Source of the DNA: an uncultured Halieaceae bacterium
Lineage (GTDB): Bacteria; Pseudomonadota; Gammaproteobacteria; Pseudomonadales; Halieaceae
Assembly (NCBI GenBank): GCA_913051825.1
Contig: CAJXCR010000002.1
Coordinates: 2,144-66,143, forward strand
Direction of reading: 5' to 3'
Length of the DNA: 64,000 bases
Position numbers and translations under genes: made by a program. This document shows, piece by piece, positions 29,145 to 40,207 of this stretch. Numbering within the stretch: position 1 is the stretch's first letter; each line of letters starts with the position of its first letter. The notes under the pieces were generated by a model, which made no database searches, had not been told where the DNA came from, and was given only the letters and a program-made list of their open reading frames with translations.

Positions 29145-29792
29145 ATGCGCATAATCTTGTTAGGTGCTCCGGGAGTAGGTAAAGGAACACAGGCTCGTTT
29201 TATTTGTGATACTTATAAAATACCCCAAATTTCTACGGGTGATATGTTGCGATCTTCCGTTAAAGAAAAAACTGTGCTTGGTCTTCAAGCAAAGGAAGTC
29301 ATGGATTCAGGTGGATTGGTATCTGACGACATCATTATCGCATTGGTTAAAGAAAGGGTTAGCAAAAATGATTGCTCGACCGGCTTTTTATTTGATGGCT
29401 TTCCAAGAACAATACCTCAAGCAGAAGCTTTGCTTCATGAGCAGATTTTTATTGACCATGTGGTTGAGATTTCGTTAGGTGATGAAGAAATAGTATCTCG
29501 CATGAGTGGAAGACGCGTTCACCCAGGTTCGGGCCGCGTCTATCACGTACTTCACAACCCTCCAGCTGCAGATGGAATAGATGATGATACTGGCGAGCCT
29601 CTGGTGCAACGTGATGATGATGCAGAATCTACCGTCAGGAAACGACTAGCTGTCTATAAAGATCAAACCGCACCTCTCGTGCAATTTTATATGGAAATAT
29701 CGGAAAGCTCGCCTCTTTGTTATCACAAGGTAGAGGGGGTCGGATCTATGGCAGAGATAAGAGAACGCATTGATTTAAAGCTTAAAAATTAA
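29145..29792 (+). CDS. adk: adenylate kinase
   Basis: [17 protein letters not shown]-loop, [10 protein letters not shown], lid region. Confidence 0.97.
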   Translation: MRIILLGAPGVGKGTQARFICDTYKIPQISTGDMLRSSVKEKTVLGLQAKEVMDSGGLVSDDIIIALVKERVSKNDCSTGFLFDGFPRTIPQAEALLHEQIFIDHVVEISLGDEEIVSRMSGRRVHPGSGRVYHVLHNPPAADGIDDDTGEPLVQRDDDAESTVRKRLAVYKDQTAPLVQFYMEISESSPLCYHKVEGVGSMAEIRERIDLKLKN

Positions 29793-29824
29793 TTATTTTA
29801 AGTGACAGCAGGATCGTGCCAAAT

Positions 29825-29851
29825 CTTATCTTTTAAGTGGATAAGTTTTTT
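29825..29851. terminator. candidate intrinsic terminator between convergent adk and mobA
   Basis: CTTATC (29825-29830), a 9-nt loop, GATAAG (29840-29845), then TTTTTT (29846-29851). The stem is short and AT-rich. Confidence 0.35.
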
Positions 29852-29868
29852 AGGTTGAATAGACTTGA

Positions 29869-30459
29869 TTACCGCAATTGGGATTCATAGTTTATATTTT
29901 CGAAAGCATTGATTTTGTCACTAAAATCGACTTCGCAAGTCTTTACATAACTGTGCCAATCCTTAAGGCTTCTACCTCCAGCGTCTAAACACGTTGTTAT
30001 ACTGGAAAGCACTTCCGATCTTATGGCAGTGAAGAGAAATTGAGACCGTAATCCATCCCAAGCATAGGTTACCTCCACATTTTTTTGTGTTTCCAACGGA
30101 TGAATTAGTCGTTCCACCAGGTCAAGTGGTAAAGAAGGAGCGTCGCAGGGGATTACTATGGCGTAATCGCTAAGCAATAAATTGCAGGCGGCCTCAATTC
30201 CAGCCAACGGTCCACAATAGCCGTCTCTATCATCAGCAACAAAAACGTCTACTAGATTTTTGTATAGATTAAAATTTCTATTACAGCTAACTATCACTTG
30301 ATTCACTTGTGGTTTAATACGTTTGTATGTATGAGTGATAAGTGGTTCTTTTTCCCAAATCAGCAAGCCCTTGTCTTTTCCTCCCATCCTTCGTCCGCGT
30401 CCGCCGGCAAGGATTACAGCAGTCGTATTTTTAAAATGGTTAGATTTATTCTTTTTCAC
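29869..30459 (-). CDS. mobA: molybdenum cofactor guanylyltransferase
   Basis: 196 aa. AVILAGGRGRRMGGKDKGLL N-terminal motif and PCDAP. Confidence 0.88.
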   Translation of the reverse strand: MKKNKSNHFKNTTAVILAGGRGRRMGGKDKGLLIWEKEPLITHTYKRIKPQVNQVIVSCNRNFNLYKNLVDVFVADDRDGYCGPLAGIEAACNLLLSDYAIVIPCDAPSLPLDLVERLIHPLETQKNVEVTYAWDGLRSQFLFTAIRSEVLSSITTCLDAGGRSLKDWHSYVKTCEVDFSDKINAFENINYESQLR

Positions 30460-30569
30460 AGGTTACCAAAAGCATTTAAAATTTCATGTTATCTGAAGTA
30501 GCAATATCGCTACTTTTTCTTATCATAGTCTCTTCTAGACGATATCCCTGGACCCCATCTTAACAGATT

Positions 30570-31292
30570 ATGTTCAATATCCTTGCTTTAGAAACATCTA
30601 CAGACGCCTGCTCAGTGGCTTTATCGAAAAGTGGTGCGGTGACGTCGCGCTATGAGATAGCTCCTCGTGAGCATGCTAGACGTCTTAGTCTAATGCTCGA
30701 TGATTTACTTTCGTCAAACGGGATTACTATTGGAGAAATAGATTTGATTGCTTATGGAATGGGGCCCGGATCTTTCACAGGGTTAAGAATAGGTGCGAGT
30801 GCAGCGCAGGCGCTCGCATTTGCACTTAAGGTGCCGGTTTTTGGTGGATGTACCCTCGAGTGTCAGGCGCTAAATGCTCTACAGAGTGGGATTGTTGAAC
30901 CAAGCGACTACGTGCTGTCAGTGATTGATGCAAAAATAAAAAAAGTTTATTGGTCTCTTATATTATTCAAAGATGATCATCCAGTTACTGTCTTTGGTCC
31001 GGAGGCAACTACTATTGTGGAATTTCCGTGGGACCAGCTTCTCGCCTCGATTAAGGATGGAGCTTTACAAGTAGTTGGAGATGCTGCCGATTTACTTGTT
31101 CAGGATAAGCCAATCCTTACCAACGTGACCATAAACTTTTTTAATCAGGCACGTCCCCATGCGAGATCGTTGCTTAACGGTGCTGTATCGGCCCATGATA
31201 GTGATCAATTGCAAGATGCTAGAGATGTTAATCCGCTTTATTTAGATGGAACTTCTAGTTTCAAAAAGATGGGTTCGGCTGAAGGTGTTTAA
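30570..31292 (+). CDS. tsaB: tRNA t6A37 biosynthesis protein TsaB (YeaZ)
   Basis: 240 aa. ILALETSTDACSVAL and GPGSFTGLRIG motifs. Confidence 0.88.
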   Translation: MFNILALETSTDACSVALSKSGAVTSRYEIAPREHARRLSLMLDDLLSSNGITIGEIDLIAYGMGPGSFTGLRIGASAAQALAFALKVPVFGGCTLECQALNALQSGIVEPSDYVLSVIDAKIKKVYWSLILFKDDHPVTVFGPEATTIVEFPWDQLLASIKDGALQVVGDAADLLVQDKPILTNVTINFFNQARPHARSLLNGAVSAHDSDQLQDARDVNPLYLDGTSSFKKMGSAEGV

Positions 31293-31295
31293 ATT

Positions 31296-32096
31296 TTGGA
31301 TTTGATTCAATTTATATTGTTAGCTCTAATTCAAGGGATCACAGAATTTTTACCCATCTCTAGCTCTGCGCACTTGCTTATACCAGGAATGCTTTTTGGT
31401 TGGCCGGATCAAGGGCTGGAGTATGATATCGCAGTGCATTTTGGGACACTATTAGCGGTAATTGCCTATTTTCGGCAGGATCTAATTCGAATTTCATGTC
31501 GAATGTTGTCTATGAGCGAGAATGCTTCAAAAGATGAATCTAGGGAGCTTATATTTAATCTCATTGTGGCAACAATTCCTCTGGTGATAGGGGGATTCTT
31601 ATTTTCTAACTTCGTTGAGGAGTATCTAAGGGATGCATGGGTTATTGCAATAGCATCGCTTATTTTTGGTCTGATTCTGGGTTGGGTATGGTTATTGAGA
31701 AGTACATCTAGAAGAAGAAAAATAACACTAGGAGATGCTGTATTTATAGGTTTTGCACAATGCTTAGCGATTATTCCTGGAGTGTCTCGATCTGGGATCA
31801 CAATTACTGCAGGTTTGTATTTAGGTCTTAATTTAGCTAGTGCTGTTAGATTTTCTTTTCTCTTGGCGATTCCAGCGATTCTCGGGGCAGTGACTCTGGG
31901 GGTTAATCTCCTGATTCAGGAGGCTATTCCCATATCTTATTACCACCTTGTTTTTTCCGTATTTTTATCGGGGTTCTCTGGATATCTTACCATAGCGGCG
32001 TTTTTTGGAGTGCTTGATCGTGTCGGTTTAATGCCATTTATAGTATACCGTGTCTTATTATCATTAGGTTTAATGATATTGTTGCTTTCGAGCTAA
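31296..32096 (+). CDS. uppP: undecaprenyl-diphosphate phosphatase
   Basis: 266 aa. GITEFLPISSSAHL and PGVSRSGITI motifs, polytopic. TTG start. Confidence 0.93.
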   Translation: MDLIQFILLALIQGITEFLPISSSAHLLIPGMLFGWPDQGLEYDIAVHFGTLLAVIAYFRQDLIRISCRMLSMSENASKDESRELIFNLIVATIPLVIGGFLFSNFVEEYLRDAWVIAIASLIFGLILGWVWLLRSTSRRRKITLGDAVFIGFAQCLAIIPGVSRSGITITAGLYLGLNLASAVRFSFLLAIPAILGAVTLGVNLLIQEAIPISYYHLVFSVFLSGFSGYLTIAAFFGVLDRVGLMPFIVYRVLLSLGLMILLLSS

Positions 32097-32164
32097 ACTT
32101 AATGATCTGTGTCATACATTTTCATATACGTATGGCTTTAGTAGCAATGCTTTTTAATTAGTAT

Positions 32165-33493
32165 TTGGAGAAATTATTCTTGAACTCAGCTTCTGAAACT
32201 GTTTCTTCTTTTAACGAAGGTCTAAAGAGATTTTTGGATCAGTCGGCAAGTCCATATCATGCAGTGCGGAAGGTCTCTGAGGCTTTGTCCGAAGCTGGAT
32301 TTATCTTATTAGATGAGAAAGCCGAATGGGACCTTGAGGAAGGAGGAAAATATTTTGTGGTTCGCGGAGGAAGCTCCATTGCTGCTTTCACGGTTGGTGA
32401 AAAATTTCAATTAGAGAGAGGTATTCGTTTATTAGGTGCGCATACTGATAGTCCTGTTTTGGCTGTTAAGCCACAGCCTGATGTCAAGAAAGAAGGTTTA
32501 TTGCAAATTGGGGTAGAGGTTTATGGGGGTGCTTTGCTAAACCCATGGTTTGATAGGGATCTCTCCATAGCAGGGCGAGTCAGTTTTCTGGAGGAAGGTA
32601 AAGTTCTAGGATCATCTTTGATCAACTTTTCTGAACCTATTGCTTTTATCCCAAGTTTAGCGATCCATCTGGACAGAGATGCAAATAAGAATAGAAGCGT
32701 TAATAGCCAAAAGCATATTCTTCCTATTGTGATGCATCTTACAGATGATAGCAGTCTTGATTTTAAAACATTATTGAAACGTCAATTGGAACGCCAACAT
32801 AGTTCCAAGAAAATTGATCGTATTTTAGATTATGATTTAGTTCTTTATGACACCCAGAAAGCATCTTATGTGGGGCTTGAAAGCGAGTTTATAGCGTCGG
32901 CAAGACTCGATAACCTGCTTAGTTGTTATAGCTGCTTACAAGCCATGCTTGCGAGTGATTTTCAGTATCCTTCACTTTTTATATTTAATGATCATGAAGA
33001 GGTAGGCAGTGCTTCAAACATCGGCGCTCAAGGCCCATTCCTCAAAGATGTATTAAGACGGATTTGTAGAACGGAGGAAGCGTTTATCCGAGCCGCGCAA
33101 GGTTCAGTTCTCATCTCCACTGATAATGCGCACGCGATTCACCCTAATTTTGCTGATCGACATGATATTAATCATAGTCCTCGGCTCAATGCTGGACCTG
33201 TTATCAAGGTAAATAGCAATCAACGTTATGCAACCAATAGTGAAACGGCAGGATTATTCCGCATGCTTGCCCATGCTGTAGATGTTCCTGTTCAAACTTT
33301 TGTTATGCGTTCAGATATGGGGTGTGGCAGCACCATTGGTCCAATAAGCGCCGCGGAAACAGGAATTGCAACATTGGATATCGGAGTTCCGACTTTAGGC
33401 ATGCACTCCATACGAGAGCTTGCAGGCTATAAAGACGCACATGCTTTATTTCAGGTCTTAAAAGTCTTCTTGGATTTGAAGGATATTCGCTAA
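32165..33493 (+). CDS. apeB: M18 family aminopeptidase (aspartyl aminopeptidase-like)
   Basis: 442 aa. SPYHAV, GAHTDSP, NDHEEVGS and MHS motifs of M18 peptidases. Confidence 0.85.
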   Translation: MEKLFLNSASETVSSFNEGLKRFLDQSASPYHAVRKVSEALSEAGFILLDEKAEWDLEEGGKYFVVRGGSSIAAFTVGEKFQLERGIRLLGAHTDSPVLAVKPQPDVKKEGLLQIGVEVYGGALLNPWFDRDLSIAGRVSFLEEGKVLGSSLINFSEPIAFIPSLAIHLDRDANKNRSVNSQKHILPIVMHLTDDSSLDFKTLLKRQLERQHSSKKIDRILDYDLVLYDTQKASYVGLESEFIASARLDNLLSCYSCLQAMLASDFQYPSLFIFNDHEEVGSASNIGAQGPFLKDVLRRICRTEEAFIRAAQGSVLISTDNAHAIHPNFADRHDINHSPRLNAGPVIKVNSNQRYATNSETAGLFRMLAHAVDVPVQTFVMRSDMGCGSTIGPISAAETGIATLDIGVPTLGMHSIRELAGYKDAHALFQVLKVFLDLKDIR

Positions 33494-33579
33494 ATGTTAG
33501 TGTATATTCCAAATGATTCGCTAACGAAGTTTTCCCGTGTTAAAAATGTGATCTTTAATAGAGAATTATTTTCTGTCAA

Positions 33580-34587
33580 ATGAACAAGCCAAGAGTTCTC
33601 ACAGGTATTACGACCACCGGCACGCCACATCTAGGAAATTTCGTGGGTGCGATCAGGCCAGCGATAGAAGCGAGTAAAGATTCTGGAGTGGAATCCTTTC
33701 TTTTTCTAGCAGACTATCACTCTCTAATAAAATGTCAGAAACCTGATCTAGTAATGCAATCTAGTAAAGAAGTTGCCGCAGCCTGGTTGTCACTAGGGTT
33801 AGATCCTAGTAGAACGATATTTTACAGACAGTCAGATATTCCAGAAATCACGGAATTGACCTGGATACTTACCTGTTGCTCCGCTAAGGGGCTTATGAAT
33901 AGGGCGCATGCATACAAAGCTGCGGTTAATGTAAATGAAGAAGCTGGTGAAGATGTAGATTTTGGTATTACTATGGGGTTGTTCAGTTATCCAATCCTTA
34001 TGGCTGCGGATATATTGCTTTTTAGTGGTGAACGAATCCCGGTAGGAAAAGATCAGATTCAACATGTTGAAATGGCTCGGGATATCGCCCAGAGATTTAA
34101 TCACAACTTCTCTGAAATCTTGACGATTCCTGAAGCTGTCGTAGGAGAAGAAGCTTCTGTTTTATTGGGATTAGATGGCCGTAAGATGAGTAAAAGTTAT
34201 AACAATATTATTCCTTTGTTTTGCTCAGAGAAACAGCTTAAAAAATCTATTAATCGAATAAAAACAAACCTTCTTGAGCCAGGAGAACCTAAAAATGCTG
34301 ACGACTCAGCAGTATTTCATCTTTGGTGTGCCTTTTCTGACGAAAGTGAAATATCTAATATGCGGCTGAGATTTGAGGAGGGCATTGGATGGGGTGATGC
34401 AAAAAAGATGCTCTTTGAAAAAGTGAATGACCAGCTGATCGAGCCAAGAGATAAGTTTCAGAGATTGATGGATGATGGATCATATATTGAAACTATTTTA
34501 AAAGAAGGTGCAGTCAAAGCTAGAGAAGAGAGCATCGAGTTGATCGGTAAGGTTAGAAAGGCTGTCGGCATAGCTGCTTTAGATTAA
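33580..34587 (+). CDS. trpS: tryptophanyl-tRNA synthetase
   Basis: 335 aa. [13 protein letters not shown] (HIGH region), [14 protein letters not shown]. Confidence 0.93.
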   Translation: MNKPRVLTGITTTGTPHLGNFVGAIRPAIEASKDSGVESFLFLADYHSLIKCQKPDLVMQSSKEVAAAWLSLGLDPSRTIFYRQSDIPEITELTWILTCCSAKGLMNRAHAYKAAVNVNEEAGEDVDFGITMGLFSYPILMAADILLFSGERIPVGKDQIQHVEMARDIAQRFNHNFSEILTIPEAVVGEEASVLLGLDGRKMSKSYNNIIPLFCSEKQLKKSINRIKTNLLEPGEPKNADDSAVFHLWCAFSDESEISNMRLRFEEGIGWGDAKKMLFEKVNDQLIEPRDKFQRLMDDGSYIETILKEGAVKAREESIELIGKVRKAVGIAALD

Positions 34588-34597
34588 TTTAGTTTTT

Positions 34598-36637
34598 TTA
34601 CAAGTCGTATATCAGTTCAATATGTGCTGATCTGTTGCGACCTACGAAGTATCTATATTGACCAAATCCGAAATCAGCACGCTCAGCATAGCTTTTGTCT
34701 AACAGGTTTTTCACTCGTAACCATAAAGACAAATTTGGTCCTATACTCCACTTATTATTTATGTTTACCAGAGTGTGTCCTTGATATCGGTGAAGGTTGT
34801 CGGGGTCTAGATAGTAGTTGTCCAAGCCTATGACTTCTCCTTCAAGCAGAGAAAGTCCTCTATCTGCGAAACTATTCCACCCTATTTGCATACTGCCGAA
34901 AAATCTTGGAGAAGTATCAATATCGTTGCCATCAATATCTTTCTTTGCTCCAAATAGTTCAATTGACCCGTCATAGCGGTGTTTGGCTACTGTTATAGCA
35001 CTGTTGAAATACAAACCATTTTCAAATGAAGCACTGATTGATGCTTCTAAACCATGGTGTGATGTTTTAGCACCGAAGATATTAAAACGATTAGTATCTT
35101 GGAACACAACATCGTCTTTATTCATCTTAAAAAGAACTGCATCAAAAGAAACTCTACCTAAATTTCTTGCGCGCCAACCTAGTTCTATACTTATAATGTT
35201 TTCTGAATCAATGAACGCATCAACCTGGCCAGATTGAAGTCGATATAGTTCCGTTGTTTGAGGTGCTCGAAAACCTCTAGCTGTTCTAAGGTAGAGAATT
35301 TGCTTACTGTTTAAATTGAAGGTTGCTGCAAAGTTTAGTGATAGATCAGAAAAGCGATCTACTTGGTCAGTTGGCCGAGAAAAACGACAATTCGATGCTT
35401 CAATAGAGCATGCGCTTCCATCGGATAGTCGATTATCATAATCGTATTTTGTGCTCTCAAATCTCGCGCCTACATCTAATGCCCAATAGTTGGTAAGTTT
35501 GAGAGTTGAATGCCCAAATACTGCTTGGGTATTCGAATTGACGGTGTAGTCGTAATGTTTACCCTGGGGTTGATTCTGACTAAAAGGAAGTTCTTGAAAT
35601 TCCTTCAGAGAACCTTTTGTTTTTTCCCAATCAATTCCGGCAACCCACTGATATTTTTGACCTTTATTTTTTATCGATGATCTAAATCCTAAACTTCGGT
35701 GCTGATTTTTCTCAATTGGTTGCCAAGGAAGGTAATGCTGTAAAAATTCCATGTTTGTGGAGCGAACATAGGGCGTAAAAATGAAGTTGCTTTTATCAGA
35801 CAATTTCCGATCCAAGCGAGCATAGGCGCGAGCGGACCAAGAGTCGCGATAAGCTTCTGGATTTGGATTGATGCGTCGAAGTTTATCTTCTTTGTAGCTC
35901 TCAAATCCTCCGATATATCCAGCGGTTTCTTGATTGAGGTTGCTAAGCTCGGTTGCAAATCTTGTGGACCAGGTGTCGCCAAAAGTTTCCCAGCGGAGAG
36001 TAATTTTCTGTTGATCATATCCCGAATCAGTTTGGTAACCTTCATCGCTGCTGGCATTCGCGTTAAGACTGATGCCGCTAGATTTAGATTTATTTCGATA
36101 ATGATATTTTGCTCTTTTAAAATCATAGGCGCCATACTCAAAGGAGATTTTGTGATCTCGCTCGAGAGATGGTGGTGCTGTAAGTATATTAATTACTCCA
36201 TGCATTGCGTCTGAACCAAAAGATGACGGAGCAGGACCTTTAATCAGTTCAATTTTTGATGCTTGCTCAAAATTTATATCAAATAATTGATTTACATTAC
36301 AGAAACCTGTGGCTCGTAATGGGATCTCATCCCAGGTGGCTAGATAAGCTCCACATGCTCCACTTCCTGTAAGTACTGGTGACCGAAGGGAGACTAAGCT
36401 TTCTTGTCCATTACCGCGACTAATCCAAGCGCCAGGAACTTTCTGCATAATTTCACTGATGTGCGTTGCGTTTGTTACGTTGATTTGTTCCTGATTTACT
36501 AATGTCCACGTTAAAGGTAGATCGTCACCCGATGTATCGGTTCGTGTCGCGGTTATAGTGACTTGCTCTAGTTTGGACTCGGCTGAGATTGCTGAATTCA
36601 TGGCAAAGAGAGATAGAAAAAAAATGCAGATAAACAT
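34598..36637 (-). CDS. TonB-dependent outer-membrane receptor, substrate unknown
   Basis: 679 aa. Signal peptide MFICIFFLSLFAMNSAISA, plug-domain motifs (EQVTITATR, IELIKGP...GSDAMHGVINI) and a beta-barrel with YRAPQTTELY-type motifs. The C-terminus ends ...IELIYDL, not the usual terminal aromatic. Confidence 0.88.
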   Translation of the reverse strand: MFICIFFLSLFAMNSAISAESKLEQVTITATRTDTSGDDLPLTWTLVNQEQINVTNATHISEIMQKVPGAWISRGNGQESLVSLRSPVLTGSGACGAYLATWDEIPLRATGFCNVNQLFDINFEQASKIELIKGPAPSSFGSDAMHGVINILTAPPSLERDHKISFEYGAYDFKRAKYHYRNKSKSSGISLNANASSDEGYQTDSGYDQQKITLRWETFGDTWSTRFATELSNLNQETAGYIGGFESYKEDKLRRINPNPEAYRDSWSARAYARLDRKLSDKSNFIFTPYVRSTNMEFLQHYLPWQPIEKNQHRSLGFRSSIKNKGQKYQWVAGIDWEKTKGSLKEFQELPFSQNQPQGKHYDYTVNSNTQAVFGHSTLKLTNYWALDVGARFESTKYDYDNRLSDGSACSIEASNCRFSRPTDQVDRFSDLSLNFAATFNLNSKQILYLRTARGFRAPQTTELYRLQSGQVDAFIDSENIISIELGWRARNLGRVSFDAVLFKMNKDDVVFQDTNRFNIFGAKTSHHGLEASISASFENGLYFNSAITVAKHRYDGSIELFGAKKDIDGNDIDTSPRFFGSMQIGWNSFADRGLSLLEGEVIGLDNYYLDPDNLHRYQGHTLVNINNKWSIGPNLSLWLRVKNLLDKSYAERADFGFGQYRYFVGRNRSAHIELIYDL

Positions 36638-36810
36638 AAGTTGTTCTTGCTCCTAACACAATAACCCTAGCGTACCTTACGTAATATACCAAGTAACGGT
36701 TCTTCACCTTGGAAAAATTTGGCGCGAATATAAATCGGATTTTCCTTGTTAGTGTATTTTATCCAATTGCTGATTTTGATAATATCCCAACATTCGTGAG
36801 GAGGAATTCG

Positions 36811-37917
36811 ATGTCTCAAGCTAACACGGTTTTGGCCATAGCAAATGATCTGCCAATAAAGACAGACCAAACGGTCCACAGTGGTAAAGTTCGCTCGGTT
36901 TACTGGTTGACTCAGGATGATAGTTCAAGGTTGATAGCATCTAGAGGGTACGATGTGGCGCCAGACGCGCCACTGGCAGTGATGGTTATTTCGGATCGTA
37001 TTTCGGCGTTTGATTGTATTTGGCATGGCGAGAATGGGCTCAACGGAGTGCCTGGTAAAGGGGCAGCGCTTAATGCGATCTCAAATTATTGGTTTGACAA
37101 ATTCAAAGAACAAGATCTTGCTGAAAGTCATATTCTAGAGGTCCCACACCCTTATGTCTGGATTGTTCAACGAGCTGAGCCTATTATGATTGAAGCCATC
37201 GCTAGACAGTATATTACAGGGTCAATGTGGCGTTCATATTCAAAAGGTGAGAGAGATTTTTGTGGGAACTCTCTTCCCGAAGGTTTGTCACGTGATGAAC
37301 GCTTGAAAGATTTGCTTATTACTCCATCAACCAAAGGTGTGATTACTGGAATTGAGGGTGTTCCAGAGGCTGACGATGCTAATATTGAAAGGAAATCGAT
37401 TGAGGATAATTTTCGTGCTTTTAATTTTGATTCGCTCGAAGATTTGGATAGATATGAACTCCTGCTCAAGGAGGGGTTTTCGTTAATTAGTAATCATCTT
37501 GAAGAAATAAATCAAATCTTTGTAGATACTAAGTTTGAATTTGGGTACGTGAAGAATACGACGGGTGATAGAAAGATGATTTACATGGATGAGGTAGGCA
37601 CTCCAGATTCATCTAGAATATGGGATGCTTCCGAATATAACAGAGGAAATATTGTAGAAAATTCAAAGGAGGGATTTCGAAAGTTTCTTCTTGACTACTT
37701 TGATGATCCGGATGTGCTTCTGAATTCTGATCGAATGTCTGAACGTGAAAGTTTAGCAAGAAATTCTGATTTGCCTGTCAAAGCGCTTACAGATGTCTCA
37801 GAAACGTATACGAGCATTGCTAATCGGATAATAGGAGGGGGCTTGGGTTTACCAGATAGTCCTCGCACAGAGATAATAGATGTTCTTTCAAGCTCCAGTT
37901 TTAATCTTATTGAATGA
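36811..37917 (+). CDS. purC: phosphoribosylaminoimidazole-succinocarboxamide (SAICAR) synthase, long form
   Basis: GKVRSVYW and SDRISAFD motifs. ATG 36811 is preceded by GAGGAG. The track start 36709 would read through the divergent promoter region. Confidence 0.88.
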   Translation: MSQANTVLAIANDLPIKTDQTVHSGKVRSVYWLTQDDSSRLIASRGYDVAPDAPLAVMVISDRISAFDCIWHGENGLNGVPGKGAALNAISNYWFDKFKEQDLAESHILEVPHPYVWIVQRAEPIMIEAIARQYITGSMWRSYSKGERDFCGNSLPEGLSRDERLKDLLITPSTKGVITGIEGVPEADDANIERKSIEDNFRAFNFDSLEDLDRYELLLKEGFSLISNHLEEINQIFVDTKFEFGYVKNTTGDRKMIYMDEVGTPDSSRIWDASEYNRGNIVENSKEGFRKFLLDYFDDPDVLLNSDRMSERESLARNSDLPVKALTDVSETYTSIANRIIGGGLGLPDSPRTEIIDVLSSSSFNLIE

Positions 37918-38020
37918 TTTGATGAATAGAAACTTTTCCCCTTTTTATGATATTAGCTGGTCAGCTTTCGCTTTTCAGGCGTTGTGGTTCTCCATTTTAA
38001 AGATCGTTCTAGAGACCTAG

Positions 38021-38443
38021 ATGCGTTTAATAAATCTTTCAGATAAGGTCTCGGTTTCTGGGCAGATAAATTTGGAGCATGTGTCAGAGATTGCGGGAAT
38101 GGGGTTTGATGTTTTAATGAACAATCGTCCAGATTTTGAGGTTGTTGGTCAGCCCATTAACTCAGAGATCGCAGAAGAAGCCCTTAGATGTGGTTTGCAA
38201 TATTATTATTATCCGGTGATTTCCTTGAGCTTTCCTGGTGATGTGCTTCAAGACACAAATGTTTTATTCAATGATTCCACTGTAAAGACATTGGCGTTTT
38301 GTCGCTCTGGAACGAGATCCGCGAATCTATGGTTGGCAAGTCTAGAGCATGAAGCATCTCTGGTTGCAGCTCAAGAAGTGAGTCGCTTAGGTATTGATCC
38401 ATCTATGTTCTTAAATATGCTTAGACACAGCCCACGAAATTGA
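38021..38443 (+). CDS. DUF442 / TIGR01244-like small protein with phosphatase-type CX5R loop
   Basis: 140 aa. VSGQI...MGFDVLMNNRPDFE and FCRSGTRS (CX5R), as in the N-terminal domain of Blh-type sulfur-metabolism proteins. Confidence 0.6.
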   Translation: MRLINLSDKVSVSGQINLEHVSEIAGMGFDVLMNNRPDFEVVGQPINSEIAEEALRCGLQYYYYPVISLSFPGDVLQDTNVLFNDSTVKTLAFCRSGTRSANLWLASLEHEASLVAAQEVSRLGIDPSMFLNMLRHSPRN

Positions 38444-38557
38444 TTATCACTAACCGTGCAGTACAGTCTGTCATTTTTGTTATAAAAGTACTGAAGCGAT
38501 TAGTTTCAAAGACGCTTAATTTTTCAAGATTCTTTCATTGTTATTAAGTCTTCAGTT

Positions 38558-40201
38558 TTGATATTTTTTAGGCAAAAAATTCCTATATTTAGTTTAGCAT
38601 TTAGTGTGATCTTGATTGCATCCTGCGATGTTGGAGAGGGTAACGTCGACAGCGGAAATCGACTTGGCATTTTGCACTATGGAAATGGATCCGAGCCGCA
38701 GGGACTAGATCCGCATGTGGTTACAGGAGTTCCAGAGAATCATATTGTACGTGCACTATTTGAAGGTCTGGCTGTTAAAAATCCGTACACTCTCGAGCCG
38801 GAACCGGGAGTCGCTGAGCGATGGATTTTTAGTGATGATAAAAGAGTTATAACGTTTTTTTTAAATCCCAATGCACGTTGGTCAAATGGAGATCCGGTGC
38901 AAGCCAGTGATTACGTATGGTCTTGGCAGAGAGCATTAGATCCCGCGATGGGTAACCAGTACAGTTATATGCTTTTCCCGGTTAAAAATGCTGAGTCCTT
39001 CGCAAAAGGAAAGATTAGCGATTTTGAGAAGGTGGGAGTCAAAGCCCTCGATCAAAGGACTCTCGAGGTTACATTAAATGAACCTACACCTTATTTTATT
39101 CAACTTTTGGATCATTACAGTACGTTTGCGGTTCACCCGCCCACTATCAAGAAGTTTGGTATGTCGACCGATCGCTATACGAAATGGACTCGAGCAGAAA
39201 ATATTGTTGGGAATGGACCTTTTGTAATGACTGAGTGGAAATTAAACCGTCGAATTGTGGTAAAGAAAAGCCCCACATATTGGGATAGAGATAAAGTTGG
39301 TTTAAATGGAGTGGTGTTTTATCCGACGGAAAATTCGGTCACTGAAGAGCGAATGTTTCGTGTCGGACAGCTTCATTATACAGCTGGAGTGCCTTTAGAT
39401 AAGATCCCTATTTATCGTGATATGGAAAATACGCCTTATGTTCAAGCACCTTATCTCGGTACTTACTATTATTTACTTAACACAAATAAAAAGCCGCTGA
39501 ATGATGTGCGAGTCAGGCAAGCTCTTTCTTTATCTATCGATAGAGATATACTCACCTCTACGGTTCTTCAGGGCACCGCTTTCCCTGCTTATAGCATTAC
39601 ACCGCCCGATACGCTTGGATACTATCCTCCTCGGTTATTCGGATATGACCCTGATAAGGCGAAAGAATTGATTGCAGAGGCGGGCTATCCAGATGGTAAG
39701 AACTGGCCAGGTATCGAAATAATATATAACACTAGTGAGGCTCATCGAAAAATTGCTGTTGCGATCCAGCAGATGTGGTCGTCGGTACTTAATATTCAGG
39801 TCACTCTTTCCAATCAAGAATGGAAAGTCTATCTAGATTCGGTCGATCAGATGGAGTTTGATATTGCCAGACGGGGATGGATTGGGGATTATGTTGATCC
39901 TAATAATTTCTTAGACCTCTTTATCAGTGAGGGAGGTAATAACAGTACGGGATATGCAAATGCAGTTTACGATGATTTAATTCTTAAGAAATCGACAAAG
40001 GCTGCTGATAGAGAGTCAAGATACCAAATCTTTTATCGTGCTGAAACAATGCTTATGCAGGCAATGCCTATTATTCCTATATACACGTATACGAGTAAGC
40101 ATTTAATACATCGCAGCGTTAAGGGTTTGCCCTCTAACTTGATGGACTCGTTAAACCTAAAGTATGTTTGGTTAGAAGACTTGGAAAAAGAAGACAGGTA
40201 G
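38558..40201 (+). CDS. peptide/opine/nickel-type ABC transporter substrate-binding lipoprotein (family 5, OppA/DppA-like)
   Basis: 547 aa. Lipobox LIASC near the N-terminus. Family-5 SBP features (WSNGDPVQASDYVWSW, YYLLNTNKKPLNDVRVRQAL). First gene of a four-gene transporter operon. Confidence 0.88.
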   Translation: MIFFRQKIPIFSLAFSVILIASCDVGEGNVDSGNRLGILHYGNGSEPQGLDPHVVTGVPENHIVRALFEGLAVKNPYTLEPEPGVAERWIFSDDKRVITFFLNPNARWSNGDPVQASDYVWSWQRALDPAMGNQYSYMLFPVKNAESFAKGKISDFEKVGVKALDQRTLEVTLNEPTPYFIQLLDHYSTFAVHPPTIKKFGMSTDRYTKWTRAENIVGNGPFVMTEWKLNRRIVVKKSPTYWDRDKVGLNGVVFYPTENSVTEERMFRVGQLHYTAGVPLDKIPIYRDMENTPYVQAPYLGTYYYLLNTNKKPLNDVRVRQALSLSIDRDILTSTVLQGTAFPAYSITPPDTLGYYPPRLFGYDPDKAKELIAEAGYPDGKNWPGIEIIYNTSEAHRKIAVAIQQMWSSVLNIQVTLSNQEWKVYLDSVDQMEFDIARRGWIGDYVDPNNFLDLFISEGGNNSTGYANAVYDDLILKKSTKAADRESRYQIFYRAETMLMQAMPIIPIYTYTSKHLIHRSVKGLPSNLMDSLNLKYVWLEDLEKEDR

Positions 40202-40207
40202 GGATAA

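Noticed and set aside
36772-36786. Fur-box-like GATTTTGATAATATC upstream of the TonB-dependent receptor
   Set aside because: Only about 10 of 19 positions match the Fur consensus. The site lies 25 nt from the purC start and about 135 nt from the receptor start. In AT-rich DNA such matches are expected by chance.
36709-36810. Upstream extension of purC (track start 36709)
   Set aside because: The extension has no PurC homology and would read through the divergent promoter region. ATG 36811 is preceded by GAGGAG and starts the conserved sequence.
36638-36810. Possible riboswitch (TPP, cobalamin) in the TonB receptor leader
   Set aside because: Reading the reverse complement, I found none of the conserved cores, such as the CUGAGA/ACCCU elements of THI boxes or the B12 box. 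The region is also shared with the purC promoter.
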